From the sequence record NC_047713.1: a stretch of DNA of 64,000 nt; one strand, 5' to 3'. Each line of letters begins with the position of its first letter. The stretch's first letter is position 1. Positions 35,901-46,203 of the stretch are shown here, piece by piece. A model generated the notes under the pieces. It had not been told where the DNA came from. It worked only from the letters and a program-made list of their open reading frames with translations, and did not search any database. The translations under genes and the position numbers were made by a program.

Positions 35901-38517
35901 TGAGGATACTGAGTTTGTAGAACTAAGTGTTACCAATCAGGCTAACATTAACAAACTATTTGTAAACTCTGGTGTTGCAACTCAGTTTAGTATTGGTGTT
36001 GCTACTATCACCCAGTCACTAACAGGTATCGCCACTATTGGTGACCTCAATGTAACTGGTCTTTCTACCTTCGTTGGTCTCGCTACCTTCCAGGGTGATG
36101 TTTATGTTGATAGTTACCTAGAAGTATCTAAGGATGTTGTAGTTGGTTCAGCACTAACAGTTCCTAACCTTACATTCACTGATGGTGATGGACAGTTCCT
36201 CAATATTCAGGAAGAGGTTGTTGGTGTATCCACTATTGGTTTTGCTAGTATTACAGATGAGATAGTAGGAACTTCCACTATCTTTAGATCCAATATTCGT
36301 GACCTAGCAGTATCCGGTCTCTCCACCTTTATTGGTGATGTGTTGATGGGTTCCAACCTAGATGTGGTTGGTGATATATCTGGAACTAATATATCAATTG
36401 CACAATCAGTAACCTCCGACACCCTATTCACTAGGTTTGCTGATATTGAGGGATCCAATACTGGTGTTGCTACTATTGGTTTCGCCACTATAACCGAACT
36501 CTTCACTGAGGATCTAACGGTTGTAGGAACCTCCACCTTCGTTGGTTTCACAACGATGACGGGAGACCTAAACATTGAGGGTAACCTTAATGTAACTGGT
36601 GTTGTTACCTTCCAACAGTTAGACGCAACTCAGTCACAGATTGGTATCCTAACGGTATTCAACTACCTAGACAACCAAGGAGACCTAAGAGTAGTTGGTT
36701 TCTCCACACTCGGTGACTTCTCAGCCAACTCCGGTATCCTTACCAGTATTGAATCTGGTGAGATTGATGTAACCGGTGATGTTTCTATCGGTGGAACACT
36801 AGGTGTTGCTGGTGAAGTTGGTTTCTCTAGTAACTTCTATACCGTTGGTATTACTACCCTCGCTTCTGGAACTGGTATTGTTACTACTGGTGGTGACCTC
36901 TATGTTGGTGGTAACCTATTCGTATATAACGATATTGTATATGATGAAATCATTGGTCGTAACCTAGACATCAGTGGTATTGGTACTATCGCAGACCTCA
37001 GAGTGGGTCTTGGTAGTATCGCAGACCTTAGAGGTACAACACTCAGGTATCAGACTGGTATTATTACTTCACTCAGAGCAGAAGATTCTGAAGTTGGAAG
37101 ACACATTGGTACTTCAGTTGTTGTAGAGAACATAACTGCAACAGGTCCTTCTACTTTCGTTGGTGTTGTTACTACTACTAACGAACTCTTTGTTGGAACT
37201 AACCTATTCGTAGGTAACAACGCAGATATCCAAGGTGATATCTTCGGTAGAAACCTAACACTCGAACTAAACGCCTCTGGTACTACACTAGACTTTGATT
37301 CAGGTCAGATCGATGACCTTATCTCACAGTATATACTCTCTGATGACTTGTTTGTCACTGGTATTACTACTTCAGTTGCGGCACAAATCAACTTCCTGAA
37401 TGTATCTGGTGTAACTACTTCACCTATCATTAACTCCACACTACTAACCAACTCTGGTTTAGTTACAACTGGTAGTCTATATGTTCAGGGTCTAGCACAG
37501 GTAGAAACAACTCTACTTGTAGATGGTAACTCCATCTTCAATGGTCCAGCACTCTTCAATGATACAGTTACAGTCAATGACGACATTAATGTAACAGGTG
37601 ATATCACCTTCAACGATATCAGTGGTATTAATGGTAACTTCGCTGGTATTGTTACCGCAACGAAACTCAAGTCCAACTTCCTAGAGGTTAATGGTCAAAC
37701 AGCCATTACTGGTTTGGCTACCTTCTTCAGTGGATTGAATGTAAGAGGTGGTCCTCTAGTAGTAGATAATCAGATCTTCGCTAACTCTGGTTTCGTTACT
37801 ACCATTCAGGGTACTGACTTAACATATACTGATGGTATTTTCTTAGGTGATCTACAGGTCAATAAGGATACAACCATCAACCAGAACCTAAGAGTTGTTG
37901 GTATCACTACCTCAACCAACTTAGATGTATCAGCACAAACTGAAACCTCACTACTAAGTGTAACGGGTGTAGGTACCATTCCAATCTTATACTCCACCAA
38001 TGGTGAGTTTAAGACTTCACTCAAGACGGATCAACTCTTCTTTAATACTGGTTTAGGTACATACCTCAGTGTTACTGATCTAAATGTTGTTGGTGTTGCT
38101 ACTATCCCAACACTAGACATTGAATTCCTAGAAGCTGACAGAGCTGAAATTGGTATTCTAACCGTCACAAATAGAACTGATATCAGTGATACTTCCAGTA
38201 TCTTTAGTTACAGACTAACTACATCTGGATCAGCCACCAACGTAACTCTCTACGACTCCTCAGTTTATAGAAGTTTCGAGGCAAATATCCAAGTATCCAC
38301 TGGTAGTAGTTTCCAATCTAGTAAGATGCATGGTTTGAGTGATGATAACTCTACACCAAATGTACTCTTCAATGAAACTTCTTACCTCTCTAATGGTGGT
38401 GAGTTGGCTGAGTTTGATGTATCAGGTTCCGCTGGTAACAATGTTATCCTAACAGTTACTCCATATACCGTTGGAATTACAACCTATATACTTTCAGTAA
38501 CCGCGGTGAGAGTCTAA
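32911..38517 (+). CDS. Long repetitive fibre-like structural protein (1868 aa)
   Basis: Dozens of L.VSGI.T / G.ST..G..TF..DL.VGG.L.V repeats; globular C-terminus (YRSFEANIQV..LTVTP). Confidence 0.75.
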   Translation: MPLNYLTGRVSRLQVGFPGFSTAKDLTVDVAGAIGIDTQNPRAAADFPDVSIRGDIVDSVGFTGGIGYFLAQDVQGVRWVEAPPINSNAILVLDNGVIVGAGSFIGLNFDSGKDEDFLSVVPDPLNPQIAKIAYDVRWVRYNYGNNKGISTGFGDNGDYSSIPGYGTTEAVGVTSVGIGTNQPLDDFQVGIGSTGVTINGPLGLVDAEIIKAKSISVEGNLEVESLIVRPGVATLTTLDVLNEAFIPVEYVGFSSIQDANIDALFANQLLAGITTLGFGGEDVFILNDLYVQGGLGTFDGDVFVGGDLTVKGETFFNQINAVNLSVSGIATIVQAEIAVGLVTDLKVSGFSTLSDFSFNIGVGTYLELEDLDVSGVGSFGVVNSGDINVSGGLTASEIDADKGYIGILTADSIVSGAGTIGSIESDGNLTTLNDIIVGGASTFVGLGTFQDDLFVGGDLFVRGDVTFKNINGEQLLISGIGTIKELVFDSGIGTSLEVRDQITTGISTINEADIQDAAVERLTVGDAEIIGIATITEIDVDRGRVGILTGTDLSYAGIGTITEIDVDQGRVGLVTGDTLLYYEQSRINRVTFFDNYLSVNQSLRVSGLSTFVGTGTFFNDLYVGGDLYVAGELNFKQLNGENLYLTGVGTIYDLRNTVGFITNLYVEESVTGLATISSLVGSSATITDFTGESLLIQNPFNPMPLDPTGIPGQGVIDSLLVRNLTSSNNILANDIDANFVDTDDLKAGVGTITDLEWTTAVGDDTTTNTLQVTDTATINIIDANQIDAEDANIGVATLSSLLVTGVTTFKGQVDIEDIEFVDQSVTGISSINILKFNVGYGTYLEVTDSVTGVGTIGLASITTAQVSFLDVRDEVVGASTIGVLTVTEGFAVTGFSTFVGFTTYKGDVFVDGNLTVTGFVSFTQLNADQSQIGILTVFDALDARTGVGTFKHLETVDSAVLSGVSTIGLTTFKNGDVNINRNLTVGGITTFIGNVFIEDTEFVELSVTNQANINKLFVNSGVATQFSIGVATITQSLTGIATIGDLNVTGLSTFVGLATFQGDVYVDSYLEVSKDVVVGSALTVPNLTFTDGDGQFLNIQEEVVGVSTIGFASITDEIVGTSTIFRSNIRDLAVSGLSTFIGDVLMGSNLDVVGDISGTNISIAQSVTSDTLFTRFADIEGSNTGVATIGFATITELFTEDLTVVGTSTFVGFTTMTGDLNIEGNLNVTGVVTFQQLDATQSQIGILTVFNYLDNQGDLRVVGFSTLGDFSANSGILTSIESGEIDVTGDVSIGGTLGVAGEVGFSSNFYTVGITTLASGTGIVTTGGDLYVGGNLFVYNDIVYDEIIGRNLDISGIGTIADLRVGLGSIADLRGTTLRYQTGIITSLRAEDSEVGRHIGTSVVVENITATGPSTFVGVVTTTNELFVGTNLFVGNNADIQGDIFGRNLTLELNASGTTLDFDSGQIDDLISQYILSDDLFVTGITTSVAAQINFLNVSGVTTSPIINSTLLTNSGLVTTGSLYVQGLAQVETTLLVDGNSIFNGPALFNDTVTVNDDINVTGDITFNDISGINGNFAGIVTATKLKSNFLEVNGQTAITGLATFFSGLNVRGGPLVVDNQIFANSGFVTTIQGTDLTYTDGIFLGDLQVNKDTTINQNLRVVGITTSTNLDVSAQTETSLLSVTGVGTIPILYSTNGEFKTSLKTDQLFFNTGLGTYLSVTDLNVVGVATIPTLDIEFLEADRAEIGILTVTNRTDISDTSSIFSYRLTTSGSATNVTLYDSSVYRSFEANIQVSTGSSFQSSKMHGLSDDNSTPNVLFNETSYLSNGGELAEFDVSGSAGNNVILTVTPYTVGITTYILSVTAVRV

Positions 38518-38537
38518 AACACCTCTCCCACTCCCTC

Positions 38538-38545
38538 TATAAATA
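38538..38545 (+). promoter_or_regulatory. T4-type late promoter
   Basis: TATAAATA. Confidence 0.75.
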
Positions 38546-38588
38546 TCTGTATATCTAACACTGCAGATTATAGGGGGAATGTGAACCC

Positions 38589-41500
38589 GTGGCGAATCAG
38601 AATTTTCGTGTCAAAAAAGGTATAGAAGTTGGCTTAGGTGCCACTTTTCTATACGCAGACGACAGTGGAGTTGGCATTAATAGTGCTAGCCCACGATCAA
38701 ACCTAGACGTTCGAGGTAGATCCCAAACAGAGGAACTACTGGTAGACAACTATGCAGAGGTGCAAGGACCCTCTACATTCGTTGGACTAGGTACCTTTGG
38801 GGGTGATCTATATGTTGGGAATGATCTATATGTAAAGGGCAACCTATCATTCACCAGTTTTGAATCTGAGACTGGTAATGTAACAGGTGTTCTTACCACA
38901 AGAGACTTTAATGTAACCGGATTATCTACGTTTGCGGGAGACGCCACCTTCCAAAGTGACGTAAATATCTCTGGTGCTTCTTCAATTACTGGAAACTTAG
39001 TAGTTTCTGGTGCCTCTACGCTCACAGGTATCGTCACAACTGGCGATGACCTCTATGTGGGTGGTAGTTTATATGTATTCAATGATATCTTCTATGATGA
39101 GATTACTGGTAGAAACCTCAGTATCTCTGGTATTGCCACACTCAGACAGTTAGAAATCCAACAGGACCTAGAAGTTGCAGGTCTCTCCACATTTGTTGGT
39201 TTAGTATCGTTCAGAGATGCAGTAGGTACAAACCTAACAGTTTATAATCTTTCCGCCAATACTGGTAACTTCGTAGAGATTAACGTCGATGGTGGAGGAG
39301 GCGGCGGTGGCGGTACTGGTATCGATAGTACCTCCGTCAATACCGAGTTCTTAAACGTCACTGGTGTTGCAACATTTAACAATGGTATTGCCACCAACTT
39401 CAGTGCAGAGTTTATTGACGCTGGTGTAACCACAACTACCGACCTCCACTTCACTAATGGTTACGGTGTCAATCTCAATATGAGTGGCATCACAACTGTT
39501 GGTATTCTAACAGTCTATGAGAATATCTATGACTCTAGAAACCAAGTTGGCTATGGTGACTCACTACTAGTCACACAGGGTGGGAAACTAGTATGGACTA
39601 GACCTGATATTGCAGGTATTGCCACTTCATTCCAACCAGGTTCTACCTTCTATGTAAGTGAGAATGGTAGTAATACCAATGATGGTAGAAGTCCAGAGAA
39701 AGCATGGAGCTCTATTGCATATGCCGTATCACAGATTGGAGATACTTCTCACGATATTCTAGAGGTTACTGCTGGTGAATACACAGAAACCTTCCCTATC
39801 ACAGTCCCTAAAGGTCTAACCATTTCTGGTGCTGGACAAAGGGCAACCATTGTCAGACCGTCACAGGCAACCGAAACCAATGATGGTTTCCTACTAAACG
39901 ATAGATCCACTATCCATAACATCACAGTTACTGGATTCTACAAACCACAAGGTTCTATCAACTACGCCTTCAAGTTTAGTGTTGGAGCAGCAATCACCAG
40001 TAGAAGTCCTTATGTTGATAAGGTCACGGTCATCAACAAAGGTACTCAGACAAGTGCCAGTGACCCATATGGTTATGGTTCAGCTGACTCCTACCCAACC
40101 ACAGCACCTGGTGGTGCTGGTGTTTTAGTTGATGGTAGTGTAGTTGCAACCAACTCACTAGAAGCAGCAATTCTCCTCAATGAGGTTACACTATTCACTG
40201 CTGGCAACCAAGGTATTAAGATTACCAATGGTGGTAGAGTAGAGTGGTTGAATGGTTTCATCTACTTCGCTTCTGAAGCACTTGTAGGTCTTAGTGATAA
40301 GACTACTGGTTTAGCGGGTGCTGGTAAGGCAAGACTAACCCTAGAGAACGCCTCTGGTGGATTGGTTGGTGGTAATACCGTTCAATACTATGATAGTGAT
40401 GGAACCACAGTTCTTGCTTCTGGTACCATTGATAATGTATCTGGTAGTTATGTAACACTAACCAACGCTGGTGTTGGTACATTCACAACTCCTAGAAATA
40501 GAACAGCCAAGAAGGTTGACTTTGTTAATGGAGCACAACTATCCACAGCACAGGCAAGGTTCGGTACATCCTCACTAGATGTAACTGGTGCCGGAACTGA
40601 TAACATCACAGTTGATTCCACTTCAGACTTTGGGTTTGGAACTGGAGACTTCACCGTTGAATTCTGGATATACAGAACTGGTAATATTAATGGTAAGGTA
40701 ATCTGTGACTTCAGAGATACCGCCGCTACAGATCAGGCAATTACTATCCAAGGTGATGGTGGTAATGAGACTGATGTTTATATTGGTACTACATCCGTTG
40801 TCACTGGTACAGTTCCTACCACACTGAATGCTTGGAACCATATCGCTGTTTGTAGAGTTGGTTCTACCATCACTCAGTATATTGATGGTGCTGTTTCTGG
40901 TAGTGGAACTGCTGCTACTGATCTAGGTGTTGCTAGACAACTAACCTTTGGTGATAGGTACGACAATAGTAACAACGGTCCTACAGCATACCTAGATGAA
41001 CTTCGTGTCACTAAGGGGGCAGCAAAATACACAGGAGCATTCACTTCACCTTCAGTAGCACTCACAGGTGATAAGGATACTTCTATCCTACTACACTTTG
41101 ATGGTATCAATGGAGCAACCTCCACTACAGATGATATCATTGTCCTCCAGGATATTCGTATCACTGGTGGCAACACAGCAGATAAAGTTACCCTAGCAGA
41201 CTACAGTCAGTTTGGTGCTGACCTCAGGTCTATCGCTTGTGCCATTGAATATGGTAACCAGGGTATGATTGGTGATGGTGATGGAGTAACTCTCCGTGCT
41301 ATCTCTATCAACTTCAACCATGTAGGTGCTCTTGGTGATATCACTAACGATCCTAACCTAGCGATTCAATCGAACGAGGTTATCGAACTCAATGGTGGTC
41401 AAGTATCCTATGTAAGTATTGACCAGAAGGGTGACTTCAGAGTTGGTGAAGCATTCTATGTGAATCAGGAGACTGGTGAAGTATCCTTTACAGATACTGT

Positions 41501-44500
41501 AACAGACCTAACTGCCCTATCCTCACTCACTATTACTGATGGCACTAACAGTAGTATCATTACTCCTACTTCCGGTAGGTTTGGTAATGTTCTTATCAGT
41601 GGTCAGAGTGTAGAGAGTGTAACCGGAGACCTCAACATTAAGACTGGTGGTTCCGGTGAGATCAATATCTTTGGTAACACCAATGTTATTGGTATTCTAA
41701 CCGCTCAGATCATTGAGATTAATGCTATTCAGAAGGGCGATACAGCAATCGCTCTAGATGATACTGGAACTGATGGGACTATCCGTTTCATCACAGACGG
41801 ACAAGAAGCACAACGTATTACAAACCAACAGAGAGTTGGTATTAACACCACCACCCCAGTTACTCAGTTAGAAGTTAAGGGTGGAACACAACTAGAGAAC
41901 TTAAATGTAACTGGTATTGCCACACTTAATGGTGTTGGTATTGCTACTATCGGTGGTGATCCTGACTTCAGAAACTTAAATATCACTGGACTATCGACGT
42001 TCGCTGGTGTTGGTACTTTCCTCAGTGATTTGTATGTTGGTGGTAACCTCAGTGTCCTAGGTGATATCAAGTTTGATGAAGTTGATGCGAGAAACGCTAA
42101 CATCTCAGGTATCGCCACAGTTGGTTTCGCCTCTATCACAGATGCCAGAGTTGGAAGTGCCCTTACTAACTTGGGTCACACTCAACTCAATACTCTGAAT
42201 GTAAGTGGAGTATCTACACTATCACTACTAGAAGTCAGTGGTAACTCAGTATTTACTGGTATCTCTACCTTCAACAACAATGTAACTATCAATGGTGACC
42301 TCACCATTAATGGTTCTCAGAATGTAGATAGTTTTGGAACTGGTGATTTAATAGTTAGTGGTATTGCTAGTATCAACCAGGCGAAGATCGCCACTGGTAT
42401 TGTTACCACACTAACTGCCACTAGAACAGAGTCAGCAGAACTAAAAGTAACTGGTCTCTCCACCTTTGTTGGTGTTGCTACCTTTGCTAACGATGTATTC
42501 GTGGCAGGTAACCTCAATGTTCTAGGAGATATTGCATATGATGAAGTCACTGGTAGAAACCTAAACATCTCCGGTATCGCAACCATCGGGTTCGCCTCTA
42601 TCACAGACGCCAAGATTGGTGTCGCCACTATTACAAAACTTGATGTCACTGAGATCAATGTAGATGGTGGAACAGGTATTGATGATAACTCAGTAACTAC
42701 AGAGAACCTAGTTGTTAGTGGTATCGCTACCATCAACTCAGGTATCTTCACAACCCTCCAGGCGGAGGTAGGAAGTATCACAAACCTCACCGCTGGTGTT
42801 TCTACCTTTACTGGTATTGTAACCACTACAGAGGATCTATACGTTGGTGGAAACCTCTACGTATTCAATGATATCTTCTATGATGAAATCACTGGTAGGA
42901 ACCTTTCTATCTCTGGAGTATCTACATTAGGTTTCGCTTCTGTTAGAGATCTAAGAGTATCTGGTGTCGCTACATTCCTTGGTGATGTGGAGATCAGTGG
43001 ATCACAGATTGTTGACTCACTAATAACTGGTGACTTGGAAGTTACTGGTGTTACTACAACTAAGGAACTAAGATTTACAGACGCTGTTGGTGTAGGACTC
43101 ACACTCACCAATCTAGTTGTAACTGGTAACGCGGAACTCAATGGTTCTGGTATTGTTACCGCTGGTCAAGACATCAACTTCAGAAACCTAGAAGTCACTG
43201 GTCTATCAACCTTTGTTGGTCTCCAGTCCTTCATGTCAGCAGTTGGAACATCACTCACAGTATTCAACCTAACAGTTCCAGATAATGGTATTGTTTCACT
43301 ACCTGGTATTCCTGTTTCTGGTGGAGACGCTGAGTTTAGAAACCTCAATATCACTGGTGTATCCTCCTTCGCTGGAGTATCTACCTTCGGTAGTGACCTC
43401 TATGTGGATGGAAACCTATTTGTTTCTGGTCTAGACTTCAGAGAGACACTTGCTGGTGAGAACCTATTAGTTGCTGGTGTTGGTACTGTTAATAATCTCA
43501 ATAGTAATATTGGTATTATCACTCATCTACAGGCAGGTATATCAACCTTCACTGGTATCACCACCTTCCAGAGTGATGCCTCCTTCTTGAGTGATGTATA
43601 TGTAGATGGAAACCTTAATGTTACGGGTGACATTAGATATGATGAGGTGAATGGTAGGAACTTGAATATCAGTGGTATCGCTACCATTGGTTACTCCTCT
43701 ATCACAGACGCCAAGATTGGTGTTGCTACTATCTCCACACTATCCTTTGGTGATGGTGTTGGAACAGCACTCACACTTACAGACCTCACGGTAACAGGTG
43801 ACGCCAACCTCAATGGTTCTGGTATTGTAACCGCTGGTTCTGATGTAGCGTTTAGAAATCTAGAAGTAACTGGACTATCTACCTTCACTGGTGTTGGTAC
43901 TTTCCTCAGTGACTTGTATGTTGGTGGTGACCTCTTTGTATTCAATGATATCAAGTATGATGAGATTAATGGTAGAAACCTAAACATCTCTGGTATCTCC
44001 ACACTTGGTTTCACTTCTATCTCCGACATCAGAGTATCTGGTGGTTCTACCTTCTTAGGTAATGTAGAGATTGATGGAAACCTAGATGTAACTGGTGACC
44101 TAACCTTTGATGAGTTTGATGCCACTAACGCTAACATCACTGGTATTGCCACTATTGGTAACCTACTAGCGGGTGTGGGAACTATCACCACACTATCATC
44201 TACTGATGGTGAGATTACAACACTAACCTCTACTGATACTGTTGTTGGAACTCTAACTGCTACTGATGCCACTATCACTACACTAGGTGTTACTGATGGT
44301 ATTGTTGGAACTGCCACTATTACCACACTCAGTGTTACTGATAGTGTAGTTGGAACTTCTACTATCACAACACTCAACTTCACTGATGGTGTTGGAGTAG
44401 CACTCACACTCACTGACCTCAATGTTCTAGGTGAAGCTAACCTCAATGGTTCTGGTATCGCAACCGCTGGTTCTGATATAGAGTTTAGGAACCTCAGTAT

Positions 44501-46145
44501 TACTGGTCTCTCCACCTTTGTTGGTGTAGCAACCTTCCAAGATGACTTGTATGTGGCAGGTAACCTGAATGTATTGGGTGACCTAACCTATGATGAAGTG
44601 AATGGTAGAAACCTTAACATCTCTGGTATCGCTACCATTGGTTTCGCCTCTATCACAGACCTAAGAGTATCTGGTGTAACTACCTTCCTCGGTCCTGTTA
44701 ATATCGATGGTGGTCAGCAAACCGACTTCATTCAAACCACAGACTTGATTGTCACTGGTGTTGCCACTATTGGTTACGCAACTGTCACTAAGTTGATCGC
44801 TGATCACAGTGATATGAGGAACCTGAATGTATCAGGTATCGCCACTATTGGTAGTCTCGTATCAGATGGTAATGGTGGAATCATAGTAGATGGTGCTGTA
44901 TCCATTAGTGGTATTGTTACTATTGGTGAAAACTCTATCATTCTCGATGGTAGAAAGGATGTAGAAGCAATCTACTTGGGTGATACTGGAAGAGCAATCG
45001 TCTCTGGTATTACTACTGATGGTAAGAGAACTTATGTCAAATTTGATGATGGTAGATTTGATAGACTAAATGTATCTGGTATCTCTACCTTCAATGATGT
45101 AGTATCCACATCATCTACTATCACTAACCTAGATGTAACCACAGCAACTGTTGGTTTCCTAACCGCAACTCAGGGTTATGTTGGAGTTCTAACTGTAGGA
45201 ACATTCACCAATGATGGTGGTGGTTCTGTTATTGGTGACGATATCACAACCAGAAACCTGAATGTAACTGGTGTATCTACCTTCGCAGGTATTGTTACTA
45301 CTACTGGTGACCTCTATGTGGGTGGTGACCTCTTTGTATTCAATGATATCTTCTATGATGAGATCAATGGTAGAAACCTGAATATCACGGGTGTCGCCAC
45401 TATCGGTTACTCCTCTATCACTGATGTTAGAGTATCTGGTGTAGCAACATTCCTAGGTGATGTGAATATCTCTGGTGTTACTTCTGTAACCACACTGGAG
45501 GCAACTGGCATTGATGCCTATCGGGTTACTACTCAGAGATTGATCGTACCTGATGATGGTTTCGTACAACTACCTGGTATCCCAGTTAGTGGTGGTTCCG
45601 CTGAGTTCTCAGAACTATTAATAACTGGTATATCTAGTTTCGTTGGAGTCGCCACCTTCAAGGATGATGTGTATATCGATGGTGACTTTATTGTTGGTGG
45701 ATCTCAGGTTATTGATAATGTTGCTACTGAGAACATTATCATCAGTGGTATTGCTACAATAAGAACAGGTGAGATCACTGAACTAAATGTAGGAATTGCT
45801 ACAGTTGGATTCCTCACAGCCACTGATGGATACATTGGAGTTCTAACAGCTCAGAACTACACTTCACTCTCTGATGAGAGACTCAAGTCTAACATTGAAA
45901 CTATTGATGATGCTCTAGCGGGTGTTCTCAGACTCGATGGTGTAATGTTCCAGTGGAATAATACTGGCAAAACTGATATGGGTGTTATCGCCCAACAGGT
46001 GGAGGCGGTATTCCCCGAGATCGTACATGGGGATGATACAAAGGGAGTCAATTATAACGGTCTTATTGGTGTACTGATCGAAGCAGTCAAGGAACTCAAA
46101 GTAGAAAACGATAGTCTCAGAGAGAGACTAGACAGACTGGAGTGA
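38589..46145 (+). CDS. Tail fibre-like protein (2518 aa): beta-helix, LamG/ConA-like domain, repeat shaft, S74 chaperone
   Basis: FYVSENGSNTNDG; FGTGDFTVEFWIY..WNHIAV..LDELRVTKG..Y; SDERLKSNI..MGVIAQQVE..VNYNGLIGVLIEAVKEL. Confidence 0.85.
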   Translation: MANQNFRVKKGIEVGLGATFLYADDSGVGINSASPRSNLDVRGRSQTEELLVDNYAEVQGPSTFVGLGTFGGDLYVGNDLYVKGNLSFTSFESETGNVTGVLTTRDFNVTGLSTFAGDATFQSDVNISGASSITGNLVVSGASTLTGIVTTGDDLYVGGSLYVFNDIFYDEITGRNLSISGIATLRQLEIQQDLEVAGLSTFVGLVSFRDAVGTNLTVYNLSANTGNFVEINVDGGGGGGGGTGIDSTSVNTEFLNVTGVATFNNGIATNFSAEFIDAGVTTTTDLHFTNGYGVNLNMSGITTVGILTVYENIYDSRNQVGYGDSLLVTQGGKLVWTRPDIAGIATSFQPGSTFYVSENGSNTNDGRSPEKAWSSIAYAVSQIGDTSHDILEVTAGEYTETFPITVPKGLTISGAGQRATIVRPSQATETNDGFLLNDRSTIHNITVTGFYKPQGSINYAFKFSVGAAITSRSPYVDKVTVINKGTQTSASDPYGYGSADSYPTTAPGGAGVLVDGSVVATNSLEAAILLNEVTLFTAGNQGIKITNGGRVEWLNGFIYFASEALVGLSDKTTGLAGAGKARLTLENASGGLVGGNTVQYYDSDGTTVLASGTIDNVSGSYVTLTNAGVGTFTTPRNRTAKKVDFVNGAQLSTAQARFGTSSLDVTGAGTDNITVDSTSDFGFGTGDFTVEFWIYRTGNINGKVICDFRDTAATDQAITIQGDGGNETDVYIGTTSVVTGTVPTTLNAWNHIAVCRVGSTITQYIDGAVSGSGTAATDLGVARQLTFGDRYDNSNNGPTAYLDELRVTKGAAKYTGAFTSPSVALTGDKDTSILLHFDGINGATSTTDDIIVLQDIRITGGNTADKVTLADYSQFGADLRSIACAIEYGNQGMIGDGDGVTLRAISINFNHVGALGDITNDPNLAIQSNEVIELNGGQVSYVSIDQKGDFRVGEAFYVNQETGEVSFTDTVTDLTALSSLTITDGTNSSIITPTSGRFGNVLISGQSVESVTGDLNIKTGGSGEINIFGNTNVIGILTAQIIEINAIQKGDTAIALDDTGTDGTIRFITDGQEAQRITNQQRVGINTTTPVTQLEVKGGTQLENLNVTGIATLNGVGIATIGGDPDFRNLNITGLSTFAGVGTFLSDLYVGGNLSVLGDIKFDEVDARNANISGIATVGFASITDARVGSALTNLGHTQLNTLNVSGVSTLSLLEVSGNSVFTGISTFNNNVTINGDLTINGSQNVDSFGTGDLIVSGIASINQAKIATGIVTTLTATRTESAELKVTGLSTFVGVATFANDVFVAGNLNVLGDIAYDEVTGRNLNISGIATIGFASITDAKIGVATITKLDVTEINVDGGTGIDDNSVTTENLVVSGIATINSGIFTTLQAEVGSITNLTAGVSTFTGIVTTTEDLYVGGNLYVFNDIFYDEITGRNLSISGVSTLGFASVRDLRVSGVATFLGDVEISGSQIVDSLITGDLEVTGVTTTKELRFTDAVGVGLTLTNLVVTGNAELNGSGIVTAGQDINFRNLEVTGLSTFVGLQSFMSAVGTSLTVFNLTVPDNGIVSLPGIPVSGGDAEFRNLNITGVSSFAGVSTFGSDLYVDGNLFVSGLDFRETLAGENLLVAGVGTVNNLNSNIGIITHLQAGISTFTGITTFQSDASFLSDVYVDGNLNVTGDIRYDEVNGRNLNISGIATIGYSSITDAKIGVATISTLSFGDGVGTALTLTDLTVTGDANLNGSGIVTAGSDVAFRNLEVTGLSTFTGVGTFLSDLYVGGDLFVFNDIKYDEINGRNLNISGISTLGFTSISDIRVSGGSTFLGNVEIDGNLDVTGDLTFDEFDATNANITGIATIGNLLAGVGTITTLSSTDGEITTLTSTDTVVGTLTATDATITTLGVTDGIVGTATITTLSVTDSVVGTSTITTLNFTDGVGVALTLTDLNVLGEANLNGSGIATAGSDIEFRNLSITGLSTFVGVATFQDDLYVAGNLNVLGDLTYDEVNGRNLNISGIATIGFASITDLRVSGVTTFLGPVNIDGGQQTDFIQTTDLIVTGVATIGYATVTKLIADHSDMRNLNVSGIATIGSLVSDGNGGIIVDGAVSISGIVTIGENSIILDGRKDVEAIYLGDTGRAIVSGITTDGKRTYVKFDDGRFDRLNVSGISTFNDVVSTSSTITNLDVTTATVGFLTATQGYVGVLTVGTFTNDGGGSVIGDDITTRNLNVTGVSTFAGIVTTTGDLYVGGDLFVFNDIFYDEINGRNLNITGVATIGYSSITDVRVSGVATFLGDVNISGVTSVTTLEATGIDAYRVTTQRLIVPDDGFVQLPGIPVSGGSAEFSELLITGISSFVGVATFKDDVYIDGDFIVGGSQVIDNVATENIIISGIATIRTGEITELNVGIATVGFLTATDGYIGVLTAQNYTSLSDERLKSNIETIDDALAGVLRLDGVMFQWNNTGKTDMGVIAQQVEAVFPEIVHGDDTKGVNYNGLIGVLIEAVKELKVENDSLRERLDRLE

Positions 46146-46203
46146 TAAATACAAATACGGCTCAATGAGCCCTTTTGTACGTACACAAAGGAGAAAAACC
46201 TAA